The notes: generated by a model from the letters alone, not told the origin. A DNA stretch of 64,000 nt from Laetmonice hystrix (GCA_965235115.1 OZ249437.1:30008001-30072000), one strand, 5' to 3'. Numbered from the stretch's first letter, positions 36,515-50,096 are shown. Translations and numbers: made by a program.

Positions 36515-37443
36515 GTTAGTAACAGATTGAAGAATGATAGATGAGAGTGTTACATTGGTCTGAGACTAACATCCGATGTTACTCAGCACACACACACGGA
36601 TCGGTCCCCGGTTTACATTGGCAGATGAATGGATAGGGAAGGAATTTATTATTGATGTATGATTCACGACGCTCAGTGTGTGATTGGTAGTGGCCTATTA
36701 ATGCAGGATTCTAGGACATTCAATGTCGGCTGGTTTACCTGGTTGTTTGTGACTCGGTAATGGTTGTATGTGTAACAAGTTATTTCTCTGATCAGGGTCT
36801 GTCTGGTCCAGTTGTACTCAGAGTGTGTGCGATACTAACCAGCTGCATGATGTTCTCCCTATGATATTCTCTGTCGGACTCAGTGATCTGAAATTCTCAT
36901 AATCATACTTCTGACCATAGAGCGATACCAGGTACACACCTGTTTCGTTGGCGTAGAAACATTATGAGTAGGCTACACATGGAATTTGATACCAAACTCC
37001 CATTTCTATATACTGCTCACAGTCCCGATCTGAAAGGCGGACGATGAAAGGATAGTTCTGATGCAGGGTGTCTGGGATTTTATGAGAAGAGGAATTAGTT
37101 AGTTGTTAGTAGAGGAACTGTGTACCGTATTTTGATAGTGGGTGTCCACATAAAGGGGGGTGCAGTGTTTTAACAGTAAACCCCTTGTTAAAGAACCTCT
37201 GCCACTTTGCGAAATGAGTACAATTATCAAACCCTGGTATTGCGGGTTTCTTCCTAAGTCATCCACACCGTCATCATTATAGTTTAATTGAATAATTTAA
37301 AATACAAATGTTCTCACCCTGGAGTTGTCCATGTGATGTTTTATAGCTGTCAGGGACATAAAACATGCAATCACTAACTCCGACGTGCGACTCGGATTGG
37401 CCGCCAGCCGTCTTTAATGACACTCGGGACGTTTACATTCACC

Positions 37444-37660
37444 GACATTTACATAATATTTGATTCATTGTGTGTCTCTATTATGTCAGTACAGATTCTC
37501 GCTCGCATCAGGACATTTACATGTATTCGGTTGTGTCTCTATGTCAGTATAGGTTCTCGCGCCCCGAGGGACATTTGTATGTATTCGGTTGTGTCTCTCT
37601 ATGTCGGTTCGGGTACTGACTGGTAGAGGGACATTTACATGTATTCGGTTGTATCTCTCG
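37444..37660 (+). repeat. Degenerate tandem repeat, ~58-68-bp unit x about 3.5
   Basis: GACATTT(A/G)(C/T)ATGTATTCGGTTGT(G/A)TCTCT-like starts at 37444, 37512, 37570 and 37630. Confidence 0.75.
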
Positions 37661-38764
37661 TTGTCACTCATGGTGTTAGGCAAACACGGCGAGTTCAAAT
37701 TTATGTGGCCATTTATAGGAGAGTAGCTGTTATGAAATGGTGCCCTGACATTAGTGTGTTCACTGGGACCGGTCGGTTGACGGTATGTAAAGTGTCGTAT
37801 CATGTTTGGTGGAGGCTGGGCTTTGTGTGACTGCTACCCGCCCTGACATGGCTGCACGTGGTGTGTCGTCCCCAGTCTGCTCGCCATGTCGTGTGTATTG
37901 TCCCGAGAACAAAGAAGATTACCAGCGGCCAGGGGTCGGGTATATATAGCAACATTTGATAAATACTGGGTGTCAGCGAGGACGTTTGGTCATGTCCTTG
38001 TTGAACAAATAATAACCAGTAATGGATTCAATCAGACCGCAGCGCCGGGCTGCCAGCGCCGTTATGGATGATTCTTTACAGGGGACCTATACATAATTTA
38101 CACGTACAAAATGTGGTCAATATGCAATCTGTGGGCCCGTGGTTGGTGATGAATCTACCCCTGAAGTATTGGTTGTGTAGGGTTTCTTCTTGGTCAGGTT
38201 ACCACCGTGGCTTGGCCTCCAGACAGCATCGATGCACCAGGTCACGCTGAGGAATATAAGTGTCCAGTCGTGAACAAATATAATCTATAGACTTGCAAAA
38301 TCTATTCTATACAAGACGTTATTGTGATATTGTATTTGAAATCGACGGTCGGGAATACAGGTATATTTAAACATTGCAGACTATCTTACCTATACTTCCA
38401 TCTTTTAAACCCCAATTTTAGGTGTATGTATGTGGGTCATGTGTATATAGCAGCCTGTTATAAGAAATGTACTTTTTGAACAAGCTGCCCTCCCGTGCCA
38501 GCCTCCGGTATCAGTGGACGTAATGGCGGACCTCTGATGTCTTTGAGCTGACACCGCCCGGTAGGACAATGAGCAGTCCCAGTTGGCCCCTGTCACGGAA
38601 CGGCTTGCAGCCTGAGGCAGCGCCATGATGACCTCAGTCCTTATTGGCACTGTCAAATCCTGGTGTGTAAGCCACGTGGAATTAGTGTTTGATAAAGATG
38701 ACATTTACTATTAATGTCGTCCCACAGAGACCCGATTTCCTCCCCTGTGGTTGGCGACATGATA

Positions 38765-39355
38765 TATTTTACGACCACGATCGGTAAACGGGCAGTGGTG
38801 GTGCTGGTGTTGTTTGTATCCACAGTGTTGGCCCGTTGTTGTGTGATACGTATTTTACGACCACAATCGGTGAACGGGCAGTGGTGGTGCTGTTCGTATC
38901 CACAGTGTTGGCCTGTGGTTGTGTGAGATACGTATTTTACGACCACGATCGGTAAACGGGCAGTGGTGGTGTTCTTCGTATCCACAGCGTTGGCCCGTTG
39001 TTGTTGTGTGATACGTGTTTTACGACCACAATCAGTGAACGGGCAGTGGTGGTGCTGTTCGTATCCACAGTGTTGGCCTGGTGTTGTTGTGTGATACGTA
39101 TTTTACGACCACGATCGGTGACCGGGCAGTGGTGGTGTTGTTCGTATCCACAGCGTTGGCCTGGTGTTGTTGTGTGATACGTATTTTACGACCACGATCG
39201 GTGAACGGGCAGTGGTGGTGTTGTTGGTATCCACAGTGTTGGCCTGGTGTTGTTGTGTGATACGTATTTTACGACCACGATCGGTGACCGGGTAGTGTGA
39301 TGCTGGTGCTGTTGGTATCCACAGCGTTGGCCCGTTGTTGTGTGATACGTATTTT
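38765..39355 (+). repeat. Minisatellite, ~83-bp unit x7
   Basis: TATTTTACGACCACGATCGGTGAACGGGCAGTGGTGGTG...GTATCCACAG(T/C)GTTGGCC...GTGTGATACG starts at 38765, 38851, 38933, 39016, 39099, 39182 and 39265. Confidence 0.95.
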
Positions 39356-42300
39356 AGTTAGAATTTCCCAGTTCAGTCGGAACCAGTCCGACCGTTCAGT
39401 TGTGACTAGGTGTTTTGTAGTGCAGTTTGATTTGGAGAGGAACTAGAGAATTCCCAATAGTGATTATGAGATGAGCAACTGCAAAAGATTTTAAACGATA
39501 TTAATTGGAGTTGATTTGTTTTCCAGGTTTGGTTTGAGGAACTAAAGTAGGCCACACTGGGACAAAAACACAGAAAAGGTGAGTGGAAAATGATTTTGTT
39601 ATTGTTTTTGCTTTCCTTTGTTCAAAAACTTCATTGGTTATGCCGAAAGAGGGGATTTTTATTCATTGAAAATATGAATGAATATTCATTGAATAAGCAG
39701 TGTTTGAAGGCTGTGGACTGATTGTAAAAATACACCTTCACGAAAAGAGACAAGTTAAAGATATCGCCTTATAAAGAAAAGTAAGCAAATGGCCTTTCAA
39801 AACCTTATTACGTCTGCCATCTCGAAGGATGTAGCCATTTTCTTATTCATTCTGTTGACTCAGAAACTGAGTTATTGGTGAATGACTGGCACGAAATGCA
39901 ACATTTGGTCCCTGTTGTGACCTCATCAGTAAAGTAAGAATTATATGTTAGCCCTTTATATTTACTAGATGGGTTATATCCATTTGCGTTTTATGAGCAG
40001 AACGGTTTGCCGTATGTGGAAGAAAACATTTGAGATTGTATGTGAGCGATCTAAAATCCGCAGATACAGAGCAAGTTCATACCTGCAGTACAATTACATT
40101 ACCGTATGAGTGTGGATTTCATATAGTGATGATATACTCAAAGTAAATATACTCTAATTTCTCTTATTGCACTTTGAAGAATGATGTTTGCGGCCAAAAC
40201 CTCTAAGAAAACCACACCCCATAAACTGTTATTGTAAGGTAATTAAAATAAACCTTTGATTGAAAACGCGACTTCAATCAGAGATGTAAAAATTCTATAG
40301 GGATTCATGTACCACGTACCATGTACCACGTTTTCCTTACAACAAAAAGGGGATCCTGGGGTAATTTTGCTAACGTGACGTCAGGGGTAGAAGATTAGCC
40401 TCACTGAGGAAAGGACCTTGCACCTGTAACGAGGAAAGCGAGCCTTTGATGGCGATGGGTCCCCGCAGGCTCAGTGCCCAACCAGAGACTTCATTTCGTC
40501 AGACCGGCCAGATGACCACAAGTTAGTTGGGGATGTTAATATCATATTAGAGAGATCGGTAAGACGATAGGGTTGTCATTCCGGGCCGAATCAAGACATT
40601 CACCCCGAGGGAAGACATAGACGGGATTAGGATGGAGCTAAGCTCGGCAAAGTTAGCGGAGGAGGGGGGATATAGTAAGTACTGGATAAAGATGCAGCCA
40701 AGATGTTGTATGCCAGGAAGGATGTCGTTTTAGGTCAGGATTTTCTCCTGATAATCTCTTGTTTGGTTAGGGTTGCAATGGAAAGAACGCAGTGGTTTCT
40801 CCATAAAGCCACAAGAATCCGTTTAAATCCACAAATATGATTTCATAAAGGTCAAAGGAGCGTATGTCTTATGTACACTTTTATAGCACTTTTTGATTTG
40901 AGAGATTCACTAATGTTTTCAGCTGGAGAGATTCTCTGTTAGAGTTGTATCAGCTGACAGATTGAGTGATTGGGCGCACTTGGCAGGTTATGTGTCATTT
41001 TCCTAGAAGCAGGTGTCAGTGTAATTTAGCACACTCAGGTTTCAAAAACTTAACGGTATTTGGTTTCCAAAGGTATCAGACGACGGAGTTTTTCAAAGGT
41101 CAGGCACATGTATCTTGACCGAGGAAGACATGAAGGTGGGGCTCGATGACTGTGAATGCCGTGGACGATATTCTCTTAGAACCTTTACATAATCCAAATT
41201 AAATGATATTAATTATCCTGTCGACTATGATTCAATGTAATACCCAGCACTGTTTCGTACAGTGTAACCTGAATATGTCCACATGTATTAAAACCGAATG
41301 ATAGGGACGAATACTGTCCACCGAACGTGTATACGTCGTTTGAAAGGGAAACTCGCAGACTCCATGCCTATGTTAGTACGGTGAGCCGCCTTGATAACTT
41401 TCTCAATCTCCTTGTAATATTCAACCCTACAACCCTGTACAGGTGCAGGTGTGGAGGGCGCTTACTGATTTACGTTCAACGTGAGAGCATGCCTCGTGGA
41501 TGGATGAGGAAAGTTGAACAGATGCTCAAGTATTACCATACTGACAAAACCTGCCATCTGCTGTGGACGACTGCCCAGTGTGAAACCTGACAGGACCAAA
41601 CCCCACATACCGTTGGCTTGGTTGTCTAGTCGTGCTGAGACAAAGGAATTCACAGAGACGGTTCAGTTGGGCTTCTACACACCCAGATTGAAAGTGTCGG
41701 TTCCTGAAAGTACAGGCTTCAAGCACGGGAAAGGTCGGCAGTCTTATTACGGTACTAGCGGTGACACTTGGAAGGAAAGCGTGGTCATATTATTGAGCTT
41801 CGGGCAACTCTGTCTTTAAGGTCACAGGTAAACTGGCACGTAGTGGTGAAGCAGAAGTGGTCGTCGGTATTTTACCTGTTGACCTTATTATCAAACTTTC
41901 TATTAGGCCTACAAATCCCCGGTAATAAGGGATTTCTTGACTTGAGTCTGAGCATATTATGTACTCTAGATGATCGTTCTTGATCAAGTTTTAGAAGTGT
42001 CGTTGAAAGTTCTTATTTCATTCAGTACTTGATTAAGTCGGTCGAAAACAAGGGGGGGGGGGGGAAATTCGAGGATGTCATTCTGACAGGACGCCCCAGA
42101 TGAGAAGGGGGGAGTCAGTGATATGTATGAATAGATCTTTTTGGCAGTAAAATGTCATACCAAGTTGGACGCTGCAGATTTGTGCAAGCACTGTGCGAGT
42201 AGCTGAATAATGGGGTGGGGGGGGGGGGTCTCCCCCCCCAAAAAAAGGGCCTGCAGGAAACCCTTGTGACGGATTGTGTCCGTTATGTTGTGGAGTGACT

Positions 42301-42369
42301 GGGATAGGTCGGTGATACATCACTGAGCGGCCTCAGAGTGCTATCAAAGAATCCTCCCGGCTGACAAGG

Positions 42370-45000
42370 TCAGACACGTTTGATAAAATGTTGCCATATA
42401 GATGGAGATTCAAGACCTGGCGGACGTTCTGAAGAGTCGCTGCAGTGACAGAGATTCATAAGAAGCTGTCTTTGTGTTGGACAGTATAATGCAAATTGGG
42501 TAGGATTTCTCAGACAGTGTACAGATGAGTTAGAGGTTTTTGTCGTAACACGTAGACAAGGCCCGACATGGGGCCTGAGATATACCACCGGTCTGTGCTG
42601 TAGTGCAGCCATACTTTCTAGTAGTTGCCATTCTCCCTGAGAGACCACTCACATGGTCTTTAGAAGCCCGGAGAGGTAGGCTACATGTAATACAAATATG
42701 TGCTGCCAGTCTGGGGCAGGAGAACTGTGCATCATGGTACGCGTGTTATAGGGGAGTAACATGGAAACTTCTCACCAGGAACACAAGAACCAAAAACACA
42801 GGTGTGAAAGGAATCCAAGTCTCACTGCATTCCTAGGACTTGAAGTCAGTGATGTTGTATTAATTAATTTTTTTTTTATAATCCTAGCCCTAATCCTAAC
42901 CTTAGTCCATTTGTATTTTCCTAATTATATTGTCTTATAGTTGTTGACCTAGGACCTGCATAACTAAGGAATCCAGGTCCGGCGGACCGCCATTCCGCCG
43001 GACTTACATTCCCTTCACACCTGCAATTAACTTTCATCATTCCGCCATGGAAATCATTCCTGCATTTAAAAGATCTACGGTTCGGGTAAACATCTACATC
43101 ACTTCTAATGGAGTTGGAGATACTCCAACAAATAATTGGATCATAATTCCGAAAATATAGCAACGGAATCCATGGGTTTGTACCATCAGCTTTTAGATTC
43201 AGGGTGCTAAGTGCTAAAGGATCGCAGTGTTAGGCAAGAATACGGAGTGCTCCCGTCATGGAGGAACGCCATCTTCTACTCTTAAACCATGAACTTGACG
43301 TGATAAATGACGAAGACCACTTCAAGTGAATGGAGACTGCAACCAAACCAACTTTACATCAGAGAGATTTGGTGGCCGAGCAGAACATATGCTGGCCCGA
43401 TACTTTGCCAGGCTGCAAACCCAAGTGATTTTTTTTGGTGGCCGAGCCGGTGCCACTCCAGCTGGTGTCGTCGCCCGGAAAGATAGATAGGAGTGTAGGC
43501 CAGGAAGGCACAAGCTTAAGCATGTAGTGCCACGAGAAGGAGTGCCTCGGATGGTTTTGTAATGGTTCCTGGATGCTGGGTAACAGCTCTAGTGTTGCCA
43601 TGATGGACGGGGTCTACAACTGTCATGTTGAATGGGGGCAGAGACACGTGCCCAGTAAGTGATTCTCACACGACCGAAATAACAGCAGACGTCTTTTCGT
43701 GCAGCAGTTTCGGTTCTGGCTGTACACGCACGGGTTAATACTGAGACCTGCGGTGTATGGCACGTCTTGGTGGGCCCAATCAGTTCGTAACAAATAAAGT
43801 CATGTCTTGAACTGTTAGAGAACCGACTCTGAGCTGCTGCACACATTTTCTCTGTCGTCCCGGTCTGTTTTTTGTCCATCAGGTTCTTCCTCTGTGTATA
43901 AACAGATCTGACATGAAATACTTTGCAAAGAAAAAGGTGGCTTCCTTTCACCCGTCCTGATGAGGGAAGACGTCAGGTATTGTGAGATATGGGTTTTTTT
44001 CGACATAGCGGCAATGTTACATGTATTAATCTAGCCAGAAGCGCTGGTACAGAGGCAGCAAGGACGTCTGTAGTGGAAGTCAAAGAAGGAGGAATAAAAA
44101 GAAAGTGCTACTTGTAATGTGTACACAGAATGTGTTTCCAGTTGGACGATCTGCTGCCACCTCAAGAAGTCCTTGCCCACAAGCCTTGCCCTCTGATGTT
44201 TCATTGGATTGCTGTCTGCAAACATTTGCCCGATCAGCGGGGACGTACCATTCTCAAAGATCATCCATTTGCGGGCCCTTCTAACTGATCAGTGTAGATA
44301 TTTTAAGTCAAACATGAGAAAGGATCAACCCAGATGAGTATAAACAGGGTCACCTTTTGATGGAGGTTACCGGACCCAATAGAGAAGAGCTATGAAAATG
44401 GGAAATTGGGAGAGTGTGGGCGAATTGGTAGAGGAATAATCTGTGGGGAGAGGCGCTGAGGCACAGAGGAGGCTATTTCGTGCTGTGGTCATTTCTCTTA
44501 GAGATGACAGCAGCAGGTAATGGCCCATCTCCATCGTGTATGCCAAGAGCCTGGCCGGTCAGTTGGGAGGGCAGCGAAAAAAGTTGGCTTTTTGACATGT
44601 TTGCTTTGACTGTACATGTAATTTTCTCGGTGGCTTTTTGCAAGTCTAGTGGCGAACACATTGAGCTGGCGAGGATGGGTCATGGCTTTGGGAGCGATAG
44701 GGTGAGGGCAGACTTGATGGAGGCAGCCTGCCCTCACCGAGTAGATCCTCGCCATCTTGACAGGCGTTACAGGACCTCCAATATTGAATGGAGTTGGCAG
44801 GTACGGAGCAGTGTTTAATTTGCAGATATTGGCTGGAATTCTGCCCCGTAGTCATAATGATGGATGGAAGTATTGACTTTAAGATAATGGAATGGTGTAT
44901 AGCAGGTGGCGGAGTGGGGTCGGGTTTGTCCTACCCCTGTCCATCCCTCCTCCTCGTCCTGAATGACCTCCGAACTTTTCCTGGGAGTTTCCGCCCCGGC
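42370..45000 (-). mobile_element. Decayed LINE ORF2 relic on the minus strand; boundaries approximate
   Basis: In minus-strand order: IFENGTSPLIGQMFADSNPMK and HYRRPCCLCTS (ORF 44031-44264, cf. IFN...G..P..WK.A.V.PI.K and NYRPISLTS), GTPSRGT (about 43540, cf. GVPQGS), SIFPGDDT (about 43475, cf. FADDT) and VVYLRPHVGP (about 42580, cf. LY...VRP). Confidence 0.45.
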
Positions 45001-46149
45001 CGGCCGCAGGCACCCAGCCAACAGCGGCTCGGCCTAGGGAGGAGTCGAACTTGTCAACCCATCCCAAGTCAATCGCTAACCCAATATATCCGCTAGTGTC
45101 GGGGCCCAGAGGTTAGTTTAGTGGCAGCAGTTTGACAATGTCAGCAGTCTGAATCCATTGGAGATGAAGCGACATGTTATATTGTACTTAGAGAGGATAG
45201 AGAGAAATAATCGTGAGGTTTTATCTTCAGATGTTTCTGACTGTAGTCTGAAGATTTTTGACGCTGAAAGCTTTATGTAATGAAACCCGTTACTGGCGAG
45301 AACTGGGCATCTCATTTTGTGTTCTGTCTGTAAAATCTACAATGTCTTCGATGTGTGGTCAGGACAGATGGTCACGTAAAGGATATTTTTGAAATCTCTG
45401 AAATAGAATCCGTGAAATGAGCACTACTGAGGTAACTGCGAGATAGAAAAAATGTGACTCTATGAAAACTGAAGTAAACCAATCTCACTTACCGCGAACA
45501 GAGCTGTGGAGACAAGGTTGACAAGACATGACATCTTACCGTACCACATTCATATTGTTGCTTGCCTTTCCTAATATCAAGTTCTTTGTTAATTTAATAT
45601 AGTGAAAGGGGCCAAATCCCACACCAGGATAGTCATAGTCACACTGAATTTGTGCCATATCTAATGGGGATAGACGCCCTACTATGGGTTTCATTGCTCT
45701 ACACAGCTGTACCAACCTCTAACAGCAGAACTCCTTATTCGGCGATTCCTACGATTGGCAACATGATGAAATGGTTATGCGAAGGTTAGTAGACACGACA
45801 CTAAAGGCAAAGCTCATTTAGTTGTCCAGAACGAAGCTATTCTTGGCCGAGATTGTAAGGCAATTTGGTCCTGTAATAGGTTTCGCTCGATATGAGTATA
45901 TTAAGATCTTTTAAGAGTACGTATATAGCTCGAAATTGGTATTGATTTGTTGGTCTTAACAGGGACCGGTATATAAATCATTCAACTGATAAAGAGATTG
46001 GAGAAGTATCGTCGGGACGATGGACATGTTTGCGACGGCCAGGTCAGATGCCTGTAGCTCACCGTGTTATAAACATGAACAGATACCCTGGTACAGCCTG
46101 TTAGATATACTCGAAGGTAGCACTGACAGGAGAGACGAGGAGGGGTGAG

Positions 46150-46460
46150 ATTGATAGACAGAAGGAGGGAGGAGTCTCCAGTTGGTTAGTTCTGGAGGCA
46201 GCAGGCAGGGAGGGAGTAGGTGGACGAGAGTGTAGACGTTAGTAGATGCCGATCACCAGGGAAGGTTCTATGTACGGCCGCTACACCTCCCGGCCCCAGA
46301 CGACCCACACCTTTGTCTGCCCTCACAACCTCTGTGGCGTTTGTACGTACAGCTGTCTGGTACACGGCCATACAGACTGTGATAGGACCGTGGGACACGT
46401 GCTGGAGCTGTTACTGCTATCGGAGACCAGTACGTCACCTGACCGTCTGCAGTCAGTCGT
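46150..46460 (+). mobile_element. LINE endonuclease relic (CR1/L2-like)
   Basis: DRQKEGGVS (46153, cf. DR....GGGVA) and GHVLELL (46393, cf. GHTLDLI). Confidence 0.3.
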
Positions 46461-47308
46461 GCTACCTGGTAATTCAGATCTCGTCAGGAGACAATATGAT
46501 ACCCGATGGTACGGCATGATTATAGCCTATATATAGATACGAAGATAGCCAACGTACGACTGGACACTTAAAGATGAAGGGGAATGGGACTGGCAGCGTG
46601 AGTATTCCGGAGTCGTTTTTTTTATCAGGACCGGTGTTTGGTTATTTCTTCCCAAACATATGCTGTCATACTGTGGGAGAATGATTGATCGTGTGGTACT
46701 CACTGGGTTACGTACTGTCCTGTTGGGTAATGGCTGTGATGTTAGAGAGCACTGAACGAGGTATTAAACTCAACCTGTTTTGTTGTCTTGTGTTGTGGGG
46801 TATGAGGTAATACCTACAAAAGTGTACCACACGGGTGTCAGGAAGGTTCCTCACTCAGATACAAAGGTACCATTACTGAGGAGACCTGCTGGAGATTTTG
46901 ATGTTTACATTTCTCCGGGCTTACATTTTTATCTTTACCTGTTTTAGGGTATGATTGGTATCGGTGTTCACGTACTTAAGTGAGATTGGTTTTTTGCTAC
47001 CTCCAGGACATGGCGCCGTGGATGTTTCCGTGGCATCATTTTGAGGTGGGAGTGTATTTTTGGGGTGGGGTGGTGGTATGGCTGACATGTGAGTGAAAGA
47101 AGCTGTGTTCAGGAGGCTGCTCGCATCTGGCTGGGGGAAGAAGGGGGGACTGGGATGCCTTTATCATGTGAGCAGACAGTGGAGGCAGGTCCACAAGGCT
47201 GTAACTGCTGCCATTATGGTTCCTGTAAATCATGGCTGTAACACACACAACCACTTAGCCGCACCCTCCTAAACACCCTTCTTGATGGAACACTACTCGC
47301 CATCGTCT

Positions 47309-47322
47309 CTGCTGCTGTTGCT

Positions 47323-47384
<62 letters not shown>

Positions 47385-47387
47385 TTG
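47309..47387. repeat. (CTG)n/(CAG)n trinucleotide microsatellite with interruptions
   Basis: About 26 triplets, including an uninterrupted run of 15 CTG at 47325-47369. Confidence 0.95.
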
Positions 47388-47714
47388 CCGGGAGTGATGC
47401 CACCTTTCCCAGAAGGTGTGGAGAATTTGGCCGACAGTACGGATAACGACGTCAGGCGTTTCACATTTCCCGTCACAATTCTGTGATTTTACACTTAGTG
47501 TCTAGTTCCTTTGTATCGTTTGGGTTTTGTTTGACAGGAAAAGAGGGCTCTAAGATGTGTCGTCTGAAGGTGCATTCTGAGCCCCTGTAGAATTATAGGA
47601 TGAACATAACCACGTCACCCGTAAATACGCAAATGTCACATACAATCAAAAGAAGTTTAGTAATACGGCACTGTTTGCGTGTCTACATCTGAGGGAAACG
47701 TGTGGGCCTACAGG

Positions 47715-47801
47715 TTCTTCTTCTTCTTCTTCTTCTTCTTCTTCTTCTTCTTCTTCTTCGTCTTCTTCTTCTTCTTCTTCTTCTTCTTCTTCGTCCTCTT
47801 C
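47715..47801. repeat. (TTC)n/(GAA)n trinucleotide microsatellite
   Basis: About 29 triplets with two TCG/GTC interruptions. Confidence 0.95.
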
Positions 47802-48158
47802 AGTTTTTGGTCTGTCATTTTAGAATGTAAAATAAGATTGCTAAACCATGTGTCTGACGGACAAAAGGCCGCCAAACAGTTATTTTGTCGTGGCACGTGC
47901 AGGAACATGACGTTCGAACCGACTTAGTCATTCTCTGCATCTCAGTGTATTTGTCCTTGTAACATAATTCGTAGCCACATATGGCACCTCATAAAGCACA
48001 TGCTAAGTGGTATCAGATTACATGTATTGTATATCCCGTTGACAAGGATTGGGCGTCTGGACCCTGGGAATACGTTTTTACTGACATTTGTATAAGGATC
48101 TTAGTCATTAACATTTGCGGTTAATATTGTGATTGCGGGCTGCAGAAATATCACTGTA

Positions 48159-48255
48159 CACGTCACAGTTTCGTGTGCATCACGTGATCGACTTGCGTAA
48201 CGTGACGTAGATAACCTAACGTGCATAACGATACCGTGGCTTTAATGACGTCATT
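48159..48255. promoter_or_regulatory. Dense cluster of ACGT-core sites (E-box, CRE, PAR/C-EBP-like)
   Basis: CACGTCA (48159), ATCACGTGAT (48179), TTGCGTAA (48193), AACGTGACGTA (48199), TAACGTG (48217) and AATGACGTCATT (48244). Confidence 0.45.
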
Positions 48256-48636
48256 GTCACTGTACTGATGGTACTGCTAAAGACGCACTGAGGCCTTTCA
48301 GTTTCACCATAATACACAAATGTTCCTTATTAATAATTTTGACCGAACGAGAGATGACTTGACCTTGAGGTTATAAAAGTGGAGAGGAGATAATCGTGTC
48401 CAACACATGCCAAAATTGTAGCAATACGTTTGTTTTCGAGACGTAGGAGTATCACGTTCCTTATTAACAATAGAAAAGTAAAAAGAACTTCGAAAAAGGA
48501 CATGTTAATTAAGTGAATGTAGAATTCAGAGCGAAATGATACAGTAGCGATGTGAACGTCTGTCCTTGACCCCATGACCTGTGTTAGATCGGAAAGATTG
48601 AAACGTGCTGAGACGTAATCATAGTTTGTTCTGATA

Positions 48637-48650
48637 CCACCAGGTGGCAG
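48637..48650 (+). promoter_or_regulatory. CTCF-like motif
   Basis: CCACCAGGTGGCAG. Confidence 0.45.
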
Positions 48651-49843
48651 GTGGACTCGCGACTTTAATTTCCTTTCCTGGCCATTTGTCATGGAGTGCG
48701 ATAGATTTAACTGTTTCTACTGCGCATACATGATGTCAGATTTATCACACCCCAATATGGCTGCCTCGACTGGAGAGCTGAATCAACACCTGCCTGCAGC
48801 CTTTGTAAATGTAATCCATACTTGGCATATTCTCGGCTCTCTGCTACGTGTAATTGTAGAACGCCCTTATTGGAACATTCCACCGACTTAACCCGAATAA
48901 CCTCAGACGCCAATATAAATGGATGTTCATGATAACAAGAATATCAAGGTTTTATAATTGGAAGCAATGCGAAAATTGTTAGAGACTTGATGCGAGATGG
49001 TTGAAGTAGGTCGGGCGACATGGGTGGGGGTTCACGCTCTGTTATCGTGACGGGAGACCTAACACATTTTGATCCAGAGATGGATTACAAAAGGAGTCAA
49101 GTCTATTTTTAGATTGATATATAATGTTTAGCCATTGTAGACCAAGGTAAAAGGGGAGGGGTCACTAAAGGAGCGAGCCTCTGTGCGAATTCAACATACA
49201 TTATTTACTTAGCAGGTATGTATCATTGGCAGCTCAGCAGGGGCAGTGGGTCCGCTCTATGTCGCGATCCTTTCTCGTTTCTTGTTTGAGTTAGTGTGCT
49301 TACTGGGTGTGTTCGATTGTCTACTGTAGACTTCCGTACTTTGTTAGTACCCTCCACTAAGAGCACACCTGTTGTGTCAAGAGCACCTTGGTTTTCTAAT
49401 AGACAGAGTATTATGATGGAACTCGGAAAATACAGTGCTGTTCTCAGAATTGGCGTAAAATCTCTAATTGAAACTCTGGGTTTAATTTGGAACCGCTATA
49501 AAAGACATTGAAAAAATAAGGGATGGGCACTTAATTATCTAGGCTTTTGGTTGCAGACAACACTAGTACATTCGACTTCATGTGCGTCAAACAACCTAGA
49601 GCTCGAACTGGTATGATGATAATGAATACCAGGAAACAAGGTAACACGGTCCTGATAAAATTGAAATTCATAAATCTGTCCACTTTTCTAGCTTCTGATT
49701 AAATCTAAAGCGTGAGGTAAGTTTATTTCTATTAAAAATAAAACCTTGAATAAAATATACCTACTTGGAATCCAGGCGAGGACCGGCGGTAAAACGGTCA
49801 CATCGCGACACCTAGAACCTTTACGTTTCTATTTAGGACAATA

Positions 49844-50096
49844 CTGCCGTGAAATGACAAAAGGAAGCAAGTCTAAAAGTTCAGGTTTCGAGAAATGGAC
49901 ACAATCAAGTTTTCTCTACAGTGCACTTGGATGGACGTTCTTCCTTCTGTCATGTGACTGTCAAAGACATAGAAGGATGTTTAGCGGAAATACACCCATT
50001 GATAGATAGGACTTAGCCTACTTCCCTGAATCCAAATGTACACTTAGTCGATTTTGATGAAAGTTGGACTTGCTTCCTTTTGTCATTTCACGGCAG
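49844..50096. repeat. Perfect 30-bp inverted repeat with a 193-bp spacer (fold-back or MITE-like)
   Basis: CTGCCGTGAAATGACAAAAGGAAGCAAGTC (49844-49873) / GACTTGCTTCCTTTTGTCATTTCACGGCAG (50067-50096). A degenerate third copy lies at about 49933-49962. Confidence 0.85.

Noticed and set aside
44668-44754. Nested inverted repeats (10 and 11 bp)
   Set aside because: Short arms with a large asymmetric bulge inside a LINE relic; plausible by chance in GC-rich sequence.
47679-47927. Poly-Phe / poly-Lys ORFs
   Set aside because: Translation of the (TTC)n microsatellite.
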